Assembly (NCBI GenBank): GCA_040290295.1
Contig: PSMW01000012.1
Span: 37,519-101,518 of the forward strand
Source of the DNA: Ignavibacteria bacterium
GTDB lineage: Bacteria > Bacteroidota > Ignavibacteria > UBA10030 > UBA6906
Direction: 5' to 3'
DNA: 64,000 nucleotides
In this document: piece by piece, positions 9,281-18,749 of the stretch
Numbering within the stretch: position 1 is the first letter of the stretch
Layout: each line of letters begins with the position of its first letter
The notes under the pieces: model-generated
Told to the model about the DNA's origin: nothing
Seen by the model: only the letters and a program-made list of their open reading frames with translations
Database searches by the model: none
Made by a program: the position numbers and the translations under genes

Positions 9281-9901
9281 TCATTCCGTGCCGAAGATCC
9301 TATCGCCAGCGTCCCCCAATCCGGGCAGAATGTAGCCGTGGTTGTTCAACTCGCGGTCGAGCACTGCGGTGAAGATGTGCACATCGGGATGGTCGCGGGC
9401 GATCTTGTGAACGCCTTCGGGCGCCGCCAACAGACTGACGAAGCGAATGCGCTTTGCTCCTTTGTTCTTCAAGAACGTGATGGCAGCCGAGCCGCCGGTA
9501 GCCAGCATCGGATCGAGCAACAACACCAAACTCTTGTCCAGATGGCGAGGAAACTTCGAGTAATAGTCCACGGGCTTGAGCGTCTCCTCGTTACGGTACA
9601 ACCCGACGTGCCCCACCTTCGCTTCGGGCAGAAAGTCCAAGAAACCATCTACCAAGCCGAGTCCTGCACGCAGCACCGGCACAATGATGATGTCTTCGGC
9701 AAGACGGTAGCCCTTGGTTTTCTCCAGCGGCGTGCTAACGGTTTCTGCTTTGAGCTTGAGATCGTGCGTCACCTGAAAAGCCATGACCGACGCGATGCGA
9801 CGCAGCGTGGTGCGGAACAGATGGCTGTCGGTGTGCTTATTCCGCAGAATCGTCAGGTCGCGCTTGATCAGGGGATGATCGATAATTGTCAGGTTTTTCA
9901 T
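9281..9901 (-). CDS. upp: Uracil phosphoribosyltransferase
   Basis: From the internal ATG at 9901: MKNLTIIDHPLIKRDLTILRNKHT...LLDPMLATGGSA...DRELNNHGYILPGLGDAGDRIFGT, a full-length Upp pattern. The upstream 42 codons of the track ORF overlap the neighbouring gene. Confidence 0.93.
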   Translation of the reverse strand: MKNLTIIDHPLIKRDLTILRNKHTDSHLFRTTLRRIASVMAFQVTHDLKLKAETVSTPLEKTKGYRLAEDIIIVPVLRAGLGLVDGFLDFLPEAKVGHVGLYRNEETLKPVDYYSKFPRHLDKSLVLLLDPMLATGGSAAITFLKNKGAKRIRFVSLLAAPEGVHKIARDHPDVHIFTAVLDRELNNHGYILPGLGDAGDRIFGTE

Positions 9902-9930
9902 ACCACGTTCGGTTTTGTTCCGGCGAGCAC

Positions 9931-11295
9931 TCACGTTGGTGATCCTATTTTTTTCTTGAGGACATTGGCGGTCACGAGCACGGGATCCCACAGAGGTGTG
10001 AAGGGTGGGGAATACACCAAATCCCATTGTGCAATCTCATCGACGCTCGATCGGTGGAAAATGCCGACAGCAAAGAGATTTGCTCGGTGCACTGCTCCTT
10101 CTTCACCGACAACGTTCACACCCAACAATCGGCGCGAACGTCGATCCATAACCGCAGTGATCCACAGTTTCTTGCTGCCGGGCATCATCGCCACCTTCGA
10201 CCACGCCGTGATCGATTCGGTGACGACGTCGAATCCTGAAGCGAGTGCCTCTTCGGAGCTGGCGCCGACACGTGCCACTTCCAATCCAAACACCCTCACA
10301 GCGATGGCGTGAATGGCTCCACGAAAGACGGCAGCACCTCCCGCCGCATTTTCTCCCGCCACCCATCCCTGCTTACTTGCAAGCGTTGCCAACGGGATGT
10401 AGCTCATCGCATTGGTGACGAGATTCTTCACCGCACAGCAGTCGCCGGCAGCGTAAATGTTGTCGATATTCGTTTGCTGGCGCTGGTCAGTGAGGATGCC
10501 GCCACGCGGTCCCACGCGTATGCCCGCCTTTGTTGCAATCGCACTGTTCGGCTCCACGCCGAGAGCGAGAACGACGAGGCCGGTCTCGAAACTTCCTTGG
10601 TCGGTGACGACGTGCGTGACGCGATTTGTTTTGTCGACAATGAATCCTTCCGTCTTCGCGTACGCAACAAAATGGACACGGTGTTTTTCCAACTCTGCGC
10701 GAACCCGTTCGCGTATTTCGCGCTCCAAGCCGTTCATGGGGAGATTGTAAAGATGGAGGAGCGTCACGTTCATGCCGCGAGTGGTGAGCGCATCCGCCAT
10801 CTCCATCCCAATATAGCCGCCGCCGATGATGACAGCATTCTTCGGCTGCTCTTCGTCGATGTATTGTTTCAAGATCAACGCATCCGCGAGGGCTTTCACC
10901 GTGAAAACATTGCGTGCGTGTTCACCCACCACGCCCAACAGCTTCGGACGCGACCCGGTGGCAAGGATGAGCTTGTCGTAACGCTCTTCCGTTATTTTGC
11001 CACTCGCCACATCGCGCACAACAATTCTCCGCTTCGTGGGCAGAAGCTCCTCAACGCGGTGAAGTGTTCGAACCTCTACTCCTTTTTCCTCGCGCAGCCT
11101 TTCGGGCGTGTATGAGATGAGTTTATCCACCGGCGCTTCGCCGGCAATGGCATACGGTATTTCACAAATGCCGTACGAGATGTATTCGCCTTGCTCGAAC
11201 AAGACGACATCGCACTCGGGATTGGTCCGCTTGGCTTTGCTGGCGGCGCTTGGTCCGGCCGCTAACCCGCCGACGACGACAATGCGTTTTGCCAT
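9931..11295 (-). CDS. FAD-dependent pyridine nucleotide-disulfide oxidoreductase (CoA-disulfide reductase / NADH oxidase class)
   Basis: 454 aa. It has an N-terminal GxGxxG (VVVGGLAAGPSAA), a single redox Cys context ISYGICEIPY (compare SFANCGLPY of CoADR/Nox), a second NAD(P) fold IIGGGYIGMEMA, and AAGDC. Substrate cannot be assigned from sequence. Confidence 0.75.
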   Translation of the reverse strand: MAKRIVVVGGLAAGPSAASKAKRTNPECDVVLFEQGEYISYGICEIPYAIAGEAPVDKLISYTPERLREEKGVEVRTLHRVEELLPTKRRIVVRDVASGKITEERYDKLILATGSRPKLLGVVGEHARNVFTVKALADALILKQYIDEEQPKNAVIIGGGYIGMEMADALTTRGMNVTLLHLYNLPMNGLEREIRERVRAELEKHRVHFVAYAKTEGFIVDKTNRVTHVVTDQGSFETGLVVLALGVEPNSAIATKAGIRVGPRGGILTDQRQQTNIDNIYAAGDCCAVKNLVTNAMSYIPLATLASKQGWVAGENAAGGAAVFRGAIHAIAVRVFGLEVARVGASSEEALASGFDVVTESITAWSKVAMMPGSKKLWITAVMDRRSRRLLGVNVVGEEGAVHRANLFAVGIFHRSSVDEIAQWDLVYSPPFTPLWDPVLVTANVLKKKIGSPT

Positions 11296-12603
11296 TTACT
11301 TGTGTTTGAATGAGAGGACAATGGGTACACCGGTGAAGCCGAAGTGTTCGCGAATGCGGTTGTGTAAATAGCGACGGTAGTTCTCATCGACCAGTTCCGG
11401 CTCGTTGCAAAAGAACGCAAACACCGGCGGCTTGGACTTTACTTGTGTGATATATTTGATTTTGATTTCTTTCCCCGACGAACTGCGAGGCGGGAAGGTT
11501 TTGATATCTTCACCGAGCAGCGCATTCAACTCGCTTGTCGGAATGCGTTTGTTCTGCTCGGCGTCGATCTGCTTCGCCATCTCGATCACCTTGTAAATCC
11601 GCTGCCGTGTCAGCGCCGAGATGAAGATGATCGGAATGAAGTCGTAGATACGCAGCCGTTCGCGCAGCGCTCGCTCGTATTGACGGGCGGTGGTATCGTC
11701 CTTTTCGATCAGATCCCATTTGTTGACGGTGAGCAGCGTCGCACGTTGTCGTTCGATTGCCGTTTCGAGGATATGTAAATCCTGATGCTCGAGACCTTGC
11801 GTGGCATCGATAAGAACGACAGCCACGTCGCACCGGTCGATTGCCTTCAACGTGCGCAGCGTGCTGTAAAACTCGACGCTTTCCTTGATGCGACTGCGTT
11901 TGCGGAGCCCGGCCGTATCGACGAGCAACATCTCTTCCCCATAGTATCGGACCACGGCATCGATCGGATCGCGAGTTGTGCCCGGAATGTCGGTCACGAT
12001 ATGACGATCTTCTTGCAGGACAGCATTGACGAACGATGATTTTCCCACGTTCGGCTTCCCGATGATCGCAAGCTTCAAACGTGGGTCGGGTGAGTGCTCG
12101 TCTTCCGAAGCGAAGCCCTCGGTCACGCTGTCGAGCAAGTCTCCTGTTCTGCGCCCGCCTAAGGCAGAGACGGGATACGGTTCACCGAGACCAAGGCGGT
12201 AGTACTCGCCGAGTGTGAGCTCCTGTTTCTCGCCATCCACCTTGTTCACGACCAGCAGCACTTTCTTTTGGGAGCGGCGGAGGATTTCGGCGATGGCAAA
12301 GTCCGTCGGCAGAGGGCCAGTCTGTGCGTCCACAACGAACAGCACCACATCCGCCTCATCGATGGCGATCTGTGCTTGCTCACGAATAGCCGATTCGATA
12401 ACGCCTTCGGCGTCGGGCAGGTAACCACCGGTATCGACCAAGGAGAATTGCTTGCCTGCCCACTCGGCACGAGCGTAATGCCGATCGCGCGTCACCCCCG
12501 GCGTATCGTCAACGATGGCATCGCGGCTTCCGAGGATGCGATTGAAGAGCGTAGATTTTCCAACATTGGGACGACCGACGATGGCAACAACTGAAGACGA
12601 CAT
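11296..12603 (-). CDS. der: Ribosome-biogenesis GTPase Der (EngA)
   Basis: 435 aa with two tandem GTPase domains (GRPNVGKSTLFN and GKPNVGKSSFVN) plus a KH-like C-terminus. Confidence 0.95.
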   Translation of the reverse strand: MSSSVVAIVGRPNVGKSTLFNRILGSRDAIVDDTPGVTRDRHYARAEWAGKQFSLVDTGGYLPDAEGVIESAIREQAQIAIDEADVVLFVVDAQTGPLPTDFAIAEILRRSQKKVLLVVNKVDGEKQELTLGEYYRLGLGEPYPVSALGGRRTGDLLDSVTEGFASEDEHSPDPRLKLAIIGKPNVGKSSFVNAVLQEDRHIVTDIPGTTRDPIDAVVRYYGEEMLLVDTAGLRKRSRIKESVEFYSTLRTLKAIDRCDVAVVLIDATQGLEHQDLHILETAIERQRATLLTVNKWDLIEKDDTTARQYERALRERLRIYDFIPIIFISALTRQRIYKVIEMAKQIDAEQNKRIPTSELNALLGEDIKTFPPRSSSGKEIKIKYITQVKSKPPVFAFFCNEPELVDENYRRYLHNRIREHFGFTGVPIVLSFKHK

Positions 12604-12718
12604 GCACCTCTGCGGAAATGACCGTTGTCTGCATCAAGGTACGAAGAAGCGTAGGGACATTCAAGAAGCGCACACACCGGCGCGGCGCCACCTTTGTGCG
12701 GTAGCGCCGTCACGGTCG

Positions 12719-13144
12719 CTACAATGCAGAAACGCGAGAGGGAGTCGAGAAGAGATGAATCGTCGAGAGTGCTTCGTTCAGTTTTTCGAAGCCCGCGGAT
12801 TTCGAGATGTAGGCTGCGGCACCGAGGTCGTATGCCTGCGCAATGTCTTCTTCCCTGTCCGACGAACTGAGGACGACGACCGCAATGTGCCTGAGCTGAC
12901 GGTCTGCTTTGATGGTTTGCAGAACTTCTTTGCCGCTGATGCGCGGAATGTTGAGATCCAACAGCACAAGGTTCGGCCGGGGGTTGGCAATCGGATCGGA
13001 GAACTGCCGACGATTGTACAGATAGTCGAGAGCCTCTTGTCCATCGCGGACGACGTACACCTCTCCCGGCACGTTGTGCTGCCGGAGAATGTACTTCGTG
13101 AGGCGGAGGTGTTCGAAATTATCTTCTACCAATAAGATTTTCAT
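12719..13144 (-). CDS. Single-domain response regulator (CheY-like receiver, Rcp1-like)
   Basis: MKILLVEDNFEHLRL...LVLLDLNIPRISGKEVLQTIK...VVVLSSS...YISKS shows the phospho-acceptor Asp and conserved T/S and K. There is no output domain. The start is taken at ATG 13144; the track ORF begins 9 codons earlier. Confidence 0.85.
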   Translation of the reverse strand: MKILLVEDNFEHLRLTKYILRQHNVPGEVYVVRDGQEALDYLYNRRQFSDPIANPRPNLVLLDLNIPRISGKEVLQTIKADRQLRHIAVVVLSSSDREEDIAQAYDLGAAAYISKSAGFEKLNEALSTIHLFSTPSRVSAL

Positions 13145-13146
13145 CG

Positions 13147-13434
13147 TCAATGCGCGTTTGATGATGAACAATACTTCCGTGCATGATCATTATAGGACAT
13201 CGAGGTTGGTCGGCACGTGATCATGACCACACATAGAAAGCAGGGCCAAAGCCGTGTAAACATTACGAGGAACCGCTTATGCTTGAAGAGAGGCGTACGC
13301 GCGTCCTCCTCGCCGAGTTGTTCGAGCATCCATCGCCGAAGTGCTGCACTGAGTGCATGCTGCGATTCGATCGACTGATCGGGCTGACCGAGAGGCTTGC
13401 CGAAGATAATTTCGATTTCGCCCGGCTTGATGCG
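13147..13434 (-). other. In-frame continuation of the plsC reading frame beyond its TAG stop (candidate lost or read-through C-terminus)
   Basis: The same frame as plsC, directly after TAG 13437-13435, reads RIKPGEIEIIFGKPLGQPDQSIESQHALSAALRRWMLEQLGEED... and stays open to TGA 13149-13147, 2 nt before the response-regulator ATG. See findings. Confidence 0.5.
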
Positions 13435-14076
13435 CTAGTCGCCTTTGCGATTGATGTTGTACAATCCCTTGCAACAGATGGGAAGGATGCGCACACCTGC
13501 ATCGGCGGCTGTTTTGAAGGGACCGCGCTTGAAGGGCTGCAAGCGACCATTCGGCGTGCGCGTGCCTTCCGATGCGATCAGTACGGAAATTTTTTCTTCG
13601 CGTAAAATACGTGTCACTTCCTTCATGCTCGCAATGGCTTTGGCGCGATTTCCACGGTCCATGGATATCTGCCCGACGGCACGCATAAACTGTCCCCAGA
13701 TCGGAATCCGAAAATTTTCCTTCTTCTCCACACCACGCAAGAGATACGGATAGTATCCCTGATAGATGAACGGCTCCAGCATGTTCACGTGATTCGGTGT
13801 TACGATATATGTCTCGGTGGGAGAGATGTTTTCCAAACCTTTCACGCTCCGTACACGCACGCCGGCACATCGCACGAACAGTCTTGCTGCTCGACGTAAC
13901 AACTCATCGTACACCTGCTTTCTGAACAGAAGCGAAAGCGACACGAACACGATGAAAATCCCCAGCAACACAGCCAGACAGCGGAGCGCAAGAATGGCTG
14001 CACGCAGCGTCTCCCATATTGTGAAGCGCCATGGATCGACGGACGGTGTGTTGTGACGGCTGCTGGGGTGCGTCAT
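13435..14076 (-). CDS. plsC: 1-acyl-sn-glycerol-3-phosphate acyltransferase family protein (as annotated, ends at an internal-looking TAG)
   Basis: 213 aa. It has an N-terminal TM helix, acyltransferase block I PNHVNMLEP (HX4 followed by Glu instead of Asp) and block III ASEGTRTPNG. The C-terminal block appears to lie beyond the stop codon. Confidence 0.8.
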   Translation of the reverse strand: MTHPSSRHNTPSVDPWRFTIWETLRAAILALRCLAVLLGIFIVFVSLSLLFRKQVYDELLRRAARLFVRCAGVRVRSVKGLENISPTETYIVTPNHVNMLEPFIYQGYYPYLLRGVEKKENFRIPIWGQFMRAVGQISMDRGNRAKAIASMKEVTRILREEKISVLIASEGTRTPNGRLQPFKRGPFKTAADAGVRILPICCKGLYNINRKGD

Positions 14077-14163
14077 GCAAAAAGGTTGTTTCGTTTCTTG
14101 CGATTACGACGAGGAACGCTTTTATTGTCAACAGCCATTTCTTGAGCATCGAGGAGTATTGAG

Positions 14164-14778
14164 ATGATCCTGCGCGTTCACCCCATCAATCCCGAGCCGC
14201 GCTATGTCGCTATGGCGACCGACATCCTTAAAGCAGGCGGCGTGATCGTTTATCCCACCGATACGGTCTATGGCTTGGGGTGCAGCATTGAAAACAAAAA
14301 CGCCATCGAGAAAATCTATCTCATCAAACGTCAAAGGCCCGACAAGCCGTTCAGTTTCGTCTGTTCCGATCTCACACACATCAGTGAATATGCGCATGTC
14401 AGCAACGCGGCGTTCAAGATCATGAAGCGCTTGATTCCCGGACCGTACACCTTCATTCTCCCTGCAGCGCGGATGAAACATCTCCCCAAAATCTTGGTCT
14501 CCAAACGTCGCACGGTGGGCATTCGTGTACCCAAAAGTCCCATCGCCCTCGCGCTCGTGCGAGCTCTCGGTCATCCGATTCTCAGCACAAGCGTGACGAC
14601 GGACGACGGCGAGATCTTGAACAATCCTGATGACATCATCGAACACTTCCACAACCGTGTCGAGTTGGTCATCGATGGCGGCATGCTTGTCTCCGAACCT
14701 TCCACCGTCATCGATCTCACCTCCGACACGCCGGTGATCGTCCGCGAAGGTGCGGGCGTCGAGGATCTCAACCTCTAA
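14164..14778 (+). CDS. tsaC: L-threonylcarbamoyladenylate synthase (YrdC/TsaC/Sua5 domain only)
   Basis: 204 aa. YPTDTVYGLGC, KPFSFVC, VGIRVP and PSTVIDL are motifs of the YrdC fold. Confidence 0.9.
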   Translation: MILRVHPINPEPRYVAMATDILKAGGVIVYPTDTVYGLGCSIENKNAIEKIYLIKRQRPDKPFSFVCSDLTHISEYAHVSNAAFKIMKRLIPGPYTFILPAARMKHLPKILVSKRRTVGIRVPKSPIALALVRALGHPILSTSVTTDDGEILNNPDDIIEHFHNRVELVIDGGMLVSEPSTVIDLTSDTPVIVREGAGVEDLNL

Positions 14779-14787
14779 AAACAACAA

Positions 14788-14814
14788 GCGGAAGGAGTTT
14801 CCCACTCCTTCCGC
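14788..14814 (-). terminator. Strong hairpin between convergent tsaC and the LTD-lipoprotein gene; probable terminator
   Basis: Perfect 10-bp stem GCGGAAGGAG / CTCCTTCCGC with a 7-nt loop. On the minus strand it is followed by CTTGTTGTTTTTA (T-rich). On the plus strand there is no T-tract. Confidence 0.6.
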
Positions 14815-14841
14815 CTACGCTTCTGGTAGCGTCCCGCGCTC

Positions 14842-15795
14842 CTACTTCTTGTACAGTTGGCTGAGCCAGTGCGGGATGGGTCGGAGTCCCGGACGCGTGA
14901 TGTAGAAATCGTTCGCGGTATTCTTCGTATCGTACCCGCCCGCATAGCGCGCAATCGACTCGAACACCGGCACCGTACCGATGCTTTGGTATGTTGGATA
15001 CGGATCGGGACCCGGACCTTGGAAGACATAGTTCCCATAGCGTACCACATCGACCGCTTGACCTGTTGAGTCTTTCAGAACAATCTGATCCTTTTGACTC
15101 AAATAGAAGTCGTAGATATATGAGAGCACCGTATCGGGCCGGTCGAGGCGCTGTCGAGCTGAATCGCGTTCAAGCACCGCAAGCCTCACCAGCGGATTGT
15201 CCGTCGGCAACAACGGCGTCGAGCGGGGTTCGGGTCCTTCGCCGGGACCGATAGTGTTGTACACCCTCAGCCGTTCGAGGTTACTCACCAGCGTCAAGAA
15301 CTGATTTGGGCCCACGCGCAGCGAACGACTCGTATCGGGCACCTTGAATGGAACGATCGTATCTGGCGCAAAGGTAGGGAATCGATAACGATAGCCTTGG
15401 ACGGAATCTGCCGCCCGCACGATCGGCACATCGAAAGTGCCGGTCGTTTCCCCCTCGAAGAACAATCGAATTTGTGAAATGGTGAAATACCATGGTGGCG
15501 TGCGAGTAGTATCTCTCATGAACGAGTAGAAGATGAGGGTCTTCTGCGCAATGCGCCTTGTGCGAAAAGAAATCGACCACTTTTTGAAGTCAACCGTCTG
15601 TGATGTCGGATTGAAGATTTCCAACCACGAGTGGGCATTGGGATTGGACGTCGGCAGCGTGTACACCTCGTTGATGACGACGTGATTCCCCGGCCGATAC
15701 GACAGCGGCGGCTGTTGTTCTGTTTCTACCTGACACCCAAGCATCAGGAAAACAAGGGCGATGGTCGCACAAACTATGAGCAAACGGACATTCAT
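14842..15795 (-). CDS. Lipoprotein with lamin-tail-domain (LTD)-like ends
   Basis: Signal peptide plus lipobox (LVFLMLGC). HVVINEVYTLP...HSWLEIFNPTSQTVD matches the start of the LTD fold, and QIVLKDSTGQAVDVVRYGNY matches its end. The two parts are separated by about 150 aa of unrecognised sequence. Confidence 0.55.
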   Translation of the reverse strand: MNVRLLIVCATIALVFLMLGCQVETEQQPPLSYRPGNHVVINEVYTLPTSNPNAHSWLEIFNPTSQTVDFKKWSISFRTRRIAQKTLIFYSFMRDTTRTPPWYFTISQIRLFFEGETTGTFDVPIVRAADSVQGYRYRFPTFAPDTIVPFKVPDTSRSLRVGPNQFLTLVSNLERLRVYNTIGPGEGPEPRSTPLLPTDNPLVRLAVLERDSARQRLDRPDTVLSYIYDFYLSQKDQIVLKDSTGQAVDVVRYGNYVFQGPGPDPYPTYQSIGTVPVFESIARYAGGYDTKNTANDFYITRPGLRPIPHWLSQLYKK

Positions 15796-15799
15796 ACGC

Positions 15800-16768
15800 T
15801 TAGAATCCTATTTCGAGAGAGAACATGTGAGTAGCTGGGAGGAACTTGTAGTGTGAGTAGGCGTAATCGATCGAACCGACCAATCCCAAGCTGTTCAAGC
15901 TCACGCCCATCCCTGCCGACCAATCTTCTGTATCGTAGTTGAACTTGTAGCCTCCACGCAGGTAAATCAGGTCTTGAAATCCATATTCGAGTCCAATATT
16001 GTACTGTTCGTCGGAATCGTTGGGTCGCCCGATTTGCAACGCGGCGAACAGCTTGTGGGCATCTTCTTGAATAACGGTAGTGCGCGCCCCGAACCGCAAC
16101 GCCGTCGGGAGAGAGTACTGCTCGTTGATGTACTTGAGGTCCTTCCCCAAATTCGTCACCGCTATACCCAGTCGTGTCCTCAGGATGGGAATGTCGTACA
16201 ACGTGCCGATATCGAAAGCGATCGACTTTGCAGAGATCCTATTGTTGAACAAATTCGAAGTGATATACTTCGCACTCAAGCCGATGCCGAACAGTTCACT
16301 GATTTGCCGGGCGTAGGTAACAGTGTAGGCAATGTCAACGGCTTTGAACTTTTCTCCCGTTCCTTCCGGAAACGCCGGCGTCGTCACGTTCATCTCGTCG
16401 GTCGAAAGGAGCGTGACGCCGGCACCAATCGTCCCCACACCCTCGATCTTCGTGGCTGCGCCGAAAAAGGCAAGCGTAATATCGGCAAACCACTGGTTGT
16501 ATGTGGAACCGAACGACGCCCCTTCGATGCTCAATGTCCCTGCAGGGTTCGTCGAAATCGACAGCGCCCCTTCGGCTAAGGCAACCTGCGTATTGCCCAT
16601 AGCGGCAGCGCGAGCATGCGTTGGCAGCTTCAAGAACTGACCCGATACGGCACCGGCACGATTTCCTGCCTCCGCACTCCGGGCCATCATGCCCAACAGG
16701 AGAAGGAGTGCATACACACGGAGTGATACGCGTTCTCGTTTCATGGTTCTTCTCATTCGAATGATCAT
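15800..16768 (-). CDS. PorV/PorQ-family-like outer-membrane beta-barrel protein
   Basis: Signal peptide (..LLLLLGMMARSAEA), then GAVSGQFLKLPTHARAAAMGNTQVALAEGALSISTNPAG, the characteristic N-terminal motif of PorV/PorQ-type (UPF0164-like) barrels. The remainder has alternating beta-strand character and ends ...FSLEIGF. The start could instead be the ATG 8 codons in. Confidence 0.6.
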   Translation of the reverse strand: MIIRMRRTMKRERVSLRVYALLLLLGMMARSAEAGNRAGAVSGQFLKLPTHARAAAMGNTQVALAEGALSISTNPAGTLSIEGASFGSTYNQWFADITLAFFGAATKIEGVGTIGAGVTLLSTDEMNVTTPAFPEGTGEKFKAVDIAYTVTYARQISELFGIGLSAKYITSNLFNNRISAKSIAFDIGTLYDIPILRTRLGIAVTNLGKDLKYINEQYSLPTALRFGARTTVIQEDAHKLFAALQIGRPNDSDEQYNIGLEYGFQDLIYLRGGYKFNYDTEDWSAGMGVSLNSLGLVGSIDYAYSHYKFLPATHMFSLEIGF

Positions 16769-18741
16769 CGGATAATGACGAATTTGCCCGTTTGCACACC
16801 AAGGTTTGATTCAACGGTGAAGATATAGATGCCACTTGCTAAGGCACGGTTGCTCTCGCTGAGGAGCAGCACATCCTCATCGCCGCGGGGGAACGACCCG
16901 CCGCCGCCATCGTGCTCGACCGTTTTCACCAAGTCACCCGCAAGTGAGAAAATGCGAATGGTGCACTTCTCCGGGAGGTTGATGAACTTGATGCGACGTT
17001 CGTTCTCCGTCCATTTGCTGGTCAAGCCTTCATAGCCACCGTTTTCCAATTTGTAGTCTTGGTCGGTGCGATACGGATTGGGAACGACGGAAACTTTCCC
17101 CAATTCCTTCGAGACGGCAAACGGAAGATCGACACGCACCGCGTTCGTCCGCTTTGCTGATTCCAACGGCTCGACCGGCACTTTCACGACGAATGTCGAA
17201 TCGCCGCGCCGAATAGTTTGGTAGGCGATATTCGGAATCGACTTCGATGTCACAGAGTACACATACGTCTTTCCACGAACGAGATTGGAGTCCACGAACG
17301 TGTACTGGAGGCCAGTTTCGTATTCGAACTTTGTAGAGTCGGTGGTCCCGATAACATCGAACTGCTTGAGGAGCGTAAAGCTTGCATCGGGATAGTCGGG
17401 ATTCTCACTGCGCCATAACCGATACGCCTCGAAATTTCTTCCTCCCCGTGTTGGATCAATCCCTTCCGGATATGGCGGACTGATGCGCGCCGGGTCCCAT
17501 CGAGCAACTTGATTGGTCGTATCCCAATTGGTTTCCGGATCTGGGCGGCCAAACAGCCGGTCATCCCCGGGCCGCCATTTCCAATCCAGAAAAACACGGC
17601 GGAATCCTACCTCGACGCGCAATGGCGGCGACGGAGGCGTAGCGGGAAGCTTGATACCCTGATTCTTATAGATATCCACCGCCCGGTTCGCGTTGCGTTG
17701 AAGTGTAAACAAATCGACTCCCGACACGATACCGATAGCGATCTTCAACGTGTCGCGTGCTGTGATGGTGAAGGGCCCGAAGGCAAACAGAAAGCGCGTA
17801 TCGGAAAGCGCCGGAAACTCATCGGGACGAATATCGCCGGATGCCATCATATCATACTTCGGACCATCCGGCCGTGGACTTTGATCGAGCGGGTACCATT
17901 GGAAGGTGTACCTGCGTATGACGTTCGTATCCGGTTCGGGATACAACAACGAAATGCCGACCGGTGTCGAACCCCGATCTGAGGGATTGTGGATGTAGGC
18001 TGTACGCGAGTTCTGGTAGTAGCCTGTAAAGTTCCTTTGGTAATAGTTGGAAATATTCGATGGTCCCACGTCACCATCTGCAAAGAAGCCGATGTATGCT
18101 TCTTCGAGGCTGCGAGCCGAAGTATTGATAATGCGATACTCGTTGATCAAGATCCCTTCAGCGTACGGGTCATCCCAAGCATAAGAGCTTTGAATCACCT
18201 TCACCCCAAGAGGAATATGCCCGGCAGGTCTCTGACAATAATCTGTGTACTGGACATACAAATCGTTATCGGAAATCGGTTTGAAAGGCAATGCACCCTG
18301 CCAGTACGCGTCCCATCCCGCAGGCTTGACAGTATCGTACCGACTTGCGTGCCAGAATGAATCGGCATCCGTGCAGGGAAACATTTCAAACAACGGTGCG
18401 CCGCCCCCGTAGCCTTCGTATGCCGTGGTGACTGCTTTAACTCTTTGACCCGTGCCTGACGTAGAGGTATCGACTTTCGCGGCGATCCAGATTCCACCAC
18501 CGTACATATGTTCGATATGGCTACCGATGGGAAACTCCAATCCCATGGAATCAGCCGGTAGGTTACCCGTTCCCCCTGGATATGCAACGCGACCGAAGGA
18601 TCCGCGATTGTCCATTTTCAACCGCATCGAGTACCCTTGCTTCAAGTGCCGAATGGTTGCCTGGGAGAACGCTTCAATTGATGCAAGGATCATCACCGTG
18701 GCAACTGCCACGATCGCAACAAATCGTTTGGATGTCTTCAT
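16765..18741 (-). CDS. Secreted protein of unknown function with T9SS-type C-terminal sorting domain
   Basis: The start is taken at ATG 18741 (MKTSKRFVAIVAVATVMILASIEAFSQ signal peptide). The last ~90 aa (VVPNPYR...IKFINLPEKCTIRIFSLAGDLVKTVEHD...LASGIYIFTVES..GVQTGKFVIIR) have the Por-secretion CTD / FlgD-Ig-like pattern. I recognise no catalytic motif. Confidence 0.6.
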   Translation of the reverse strand: MKTSKRFVAIVAVATVMILASIEAFSQATIRHLKQGYSMRLKMDNRGSFGRVAYPGGTGNLPADSMGLEFPIGSHIEHMYGGGIWIAAKVDTSTSGTGQRVKAVTTAYEGYGGGAPLFEMFPCTDADSFWHASRYDTVKPAGWDAYWQGALPFKPISDNDLYVQYTDYCQRPAGHIPLGVKVIQSSYAWDDPYAEGILINEYRIINTSARSLEEAYIGFFADGDVGPSNISNYYQRNFTGYYQNSRTAYIHNPSDRGSTPVGISLLYPEPDTNVIRRYTFQWYPLDQSPRPDGPKYDMMASGDIRPDEFPALSDTRFLFAFGPFTITARDTLKIAIGIVSGVDLFTLQRNANRAVDIYKNQGIKLPATPPSPPLRVEVGFRRVFLDWKWRPGDDRLFGRPDPETNWDTTNQVARWDPARISPPYPEGIDPTRGGRNFEAYRLWRSENPDYPDASFTLLKQFDVIGTTDSTKFEYETGLQYTFVDSNLVRGKTYVYSVTSKSIPNIAYQTIRRGDSTFVVKVPVEPLESAKRTNAVRVDLPFAVSKELGKVSVVPNPYRTDQDYKLENGGYEGLTSKWTENERRIKFINLPEKCTIRIFSLAGDLVKTVEHDGGGGSFPRGDEDVLLLSESNRALASGIYIFTVESNLGVQTGKFVIIR

Positions 18742-18749
18742 AACGTATC

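Noticed and set aside
9278-10312. 344-aa plus-strand ORF
   Set aside because: It is antisense to upp and the 3' end of the flavoprotein oxidoreductase gene. It is a shadow ORF.
14128-14805. 225-aa minus-strand ORF
   Set aside because: It is the exact antisense of tsaC (YrdC motifs on the plus strand). It is Asp/Arg-rich with no motif.
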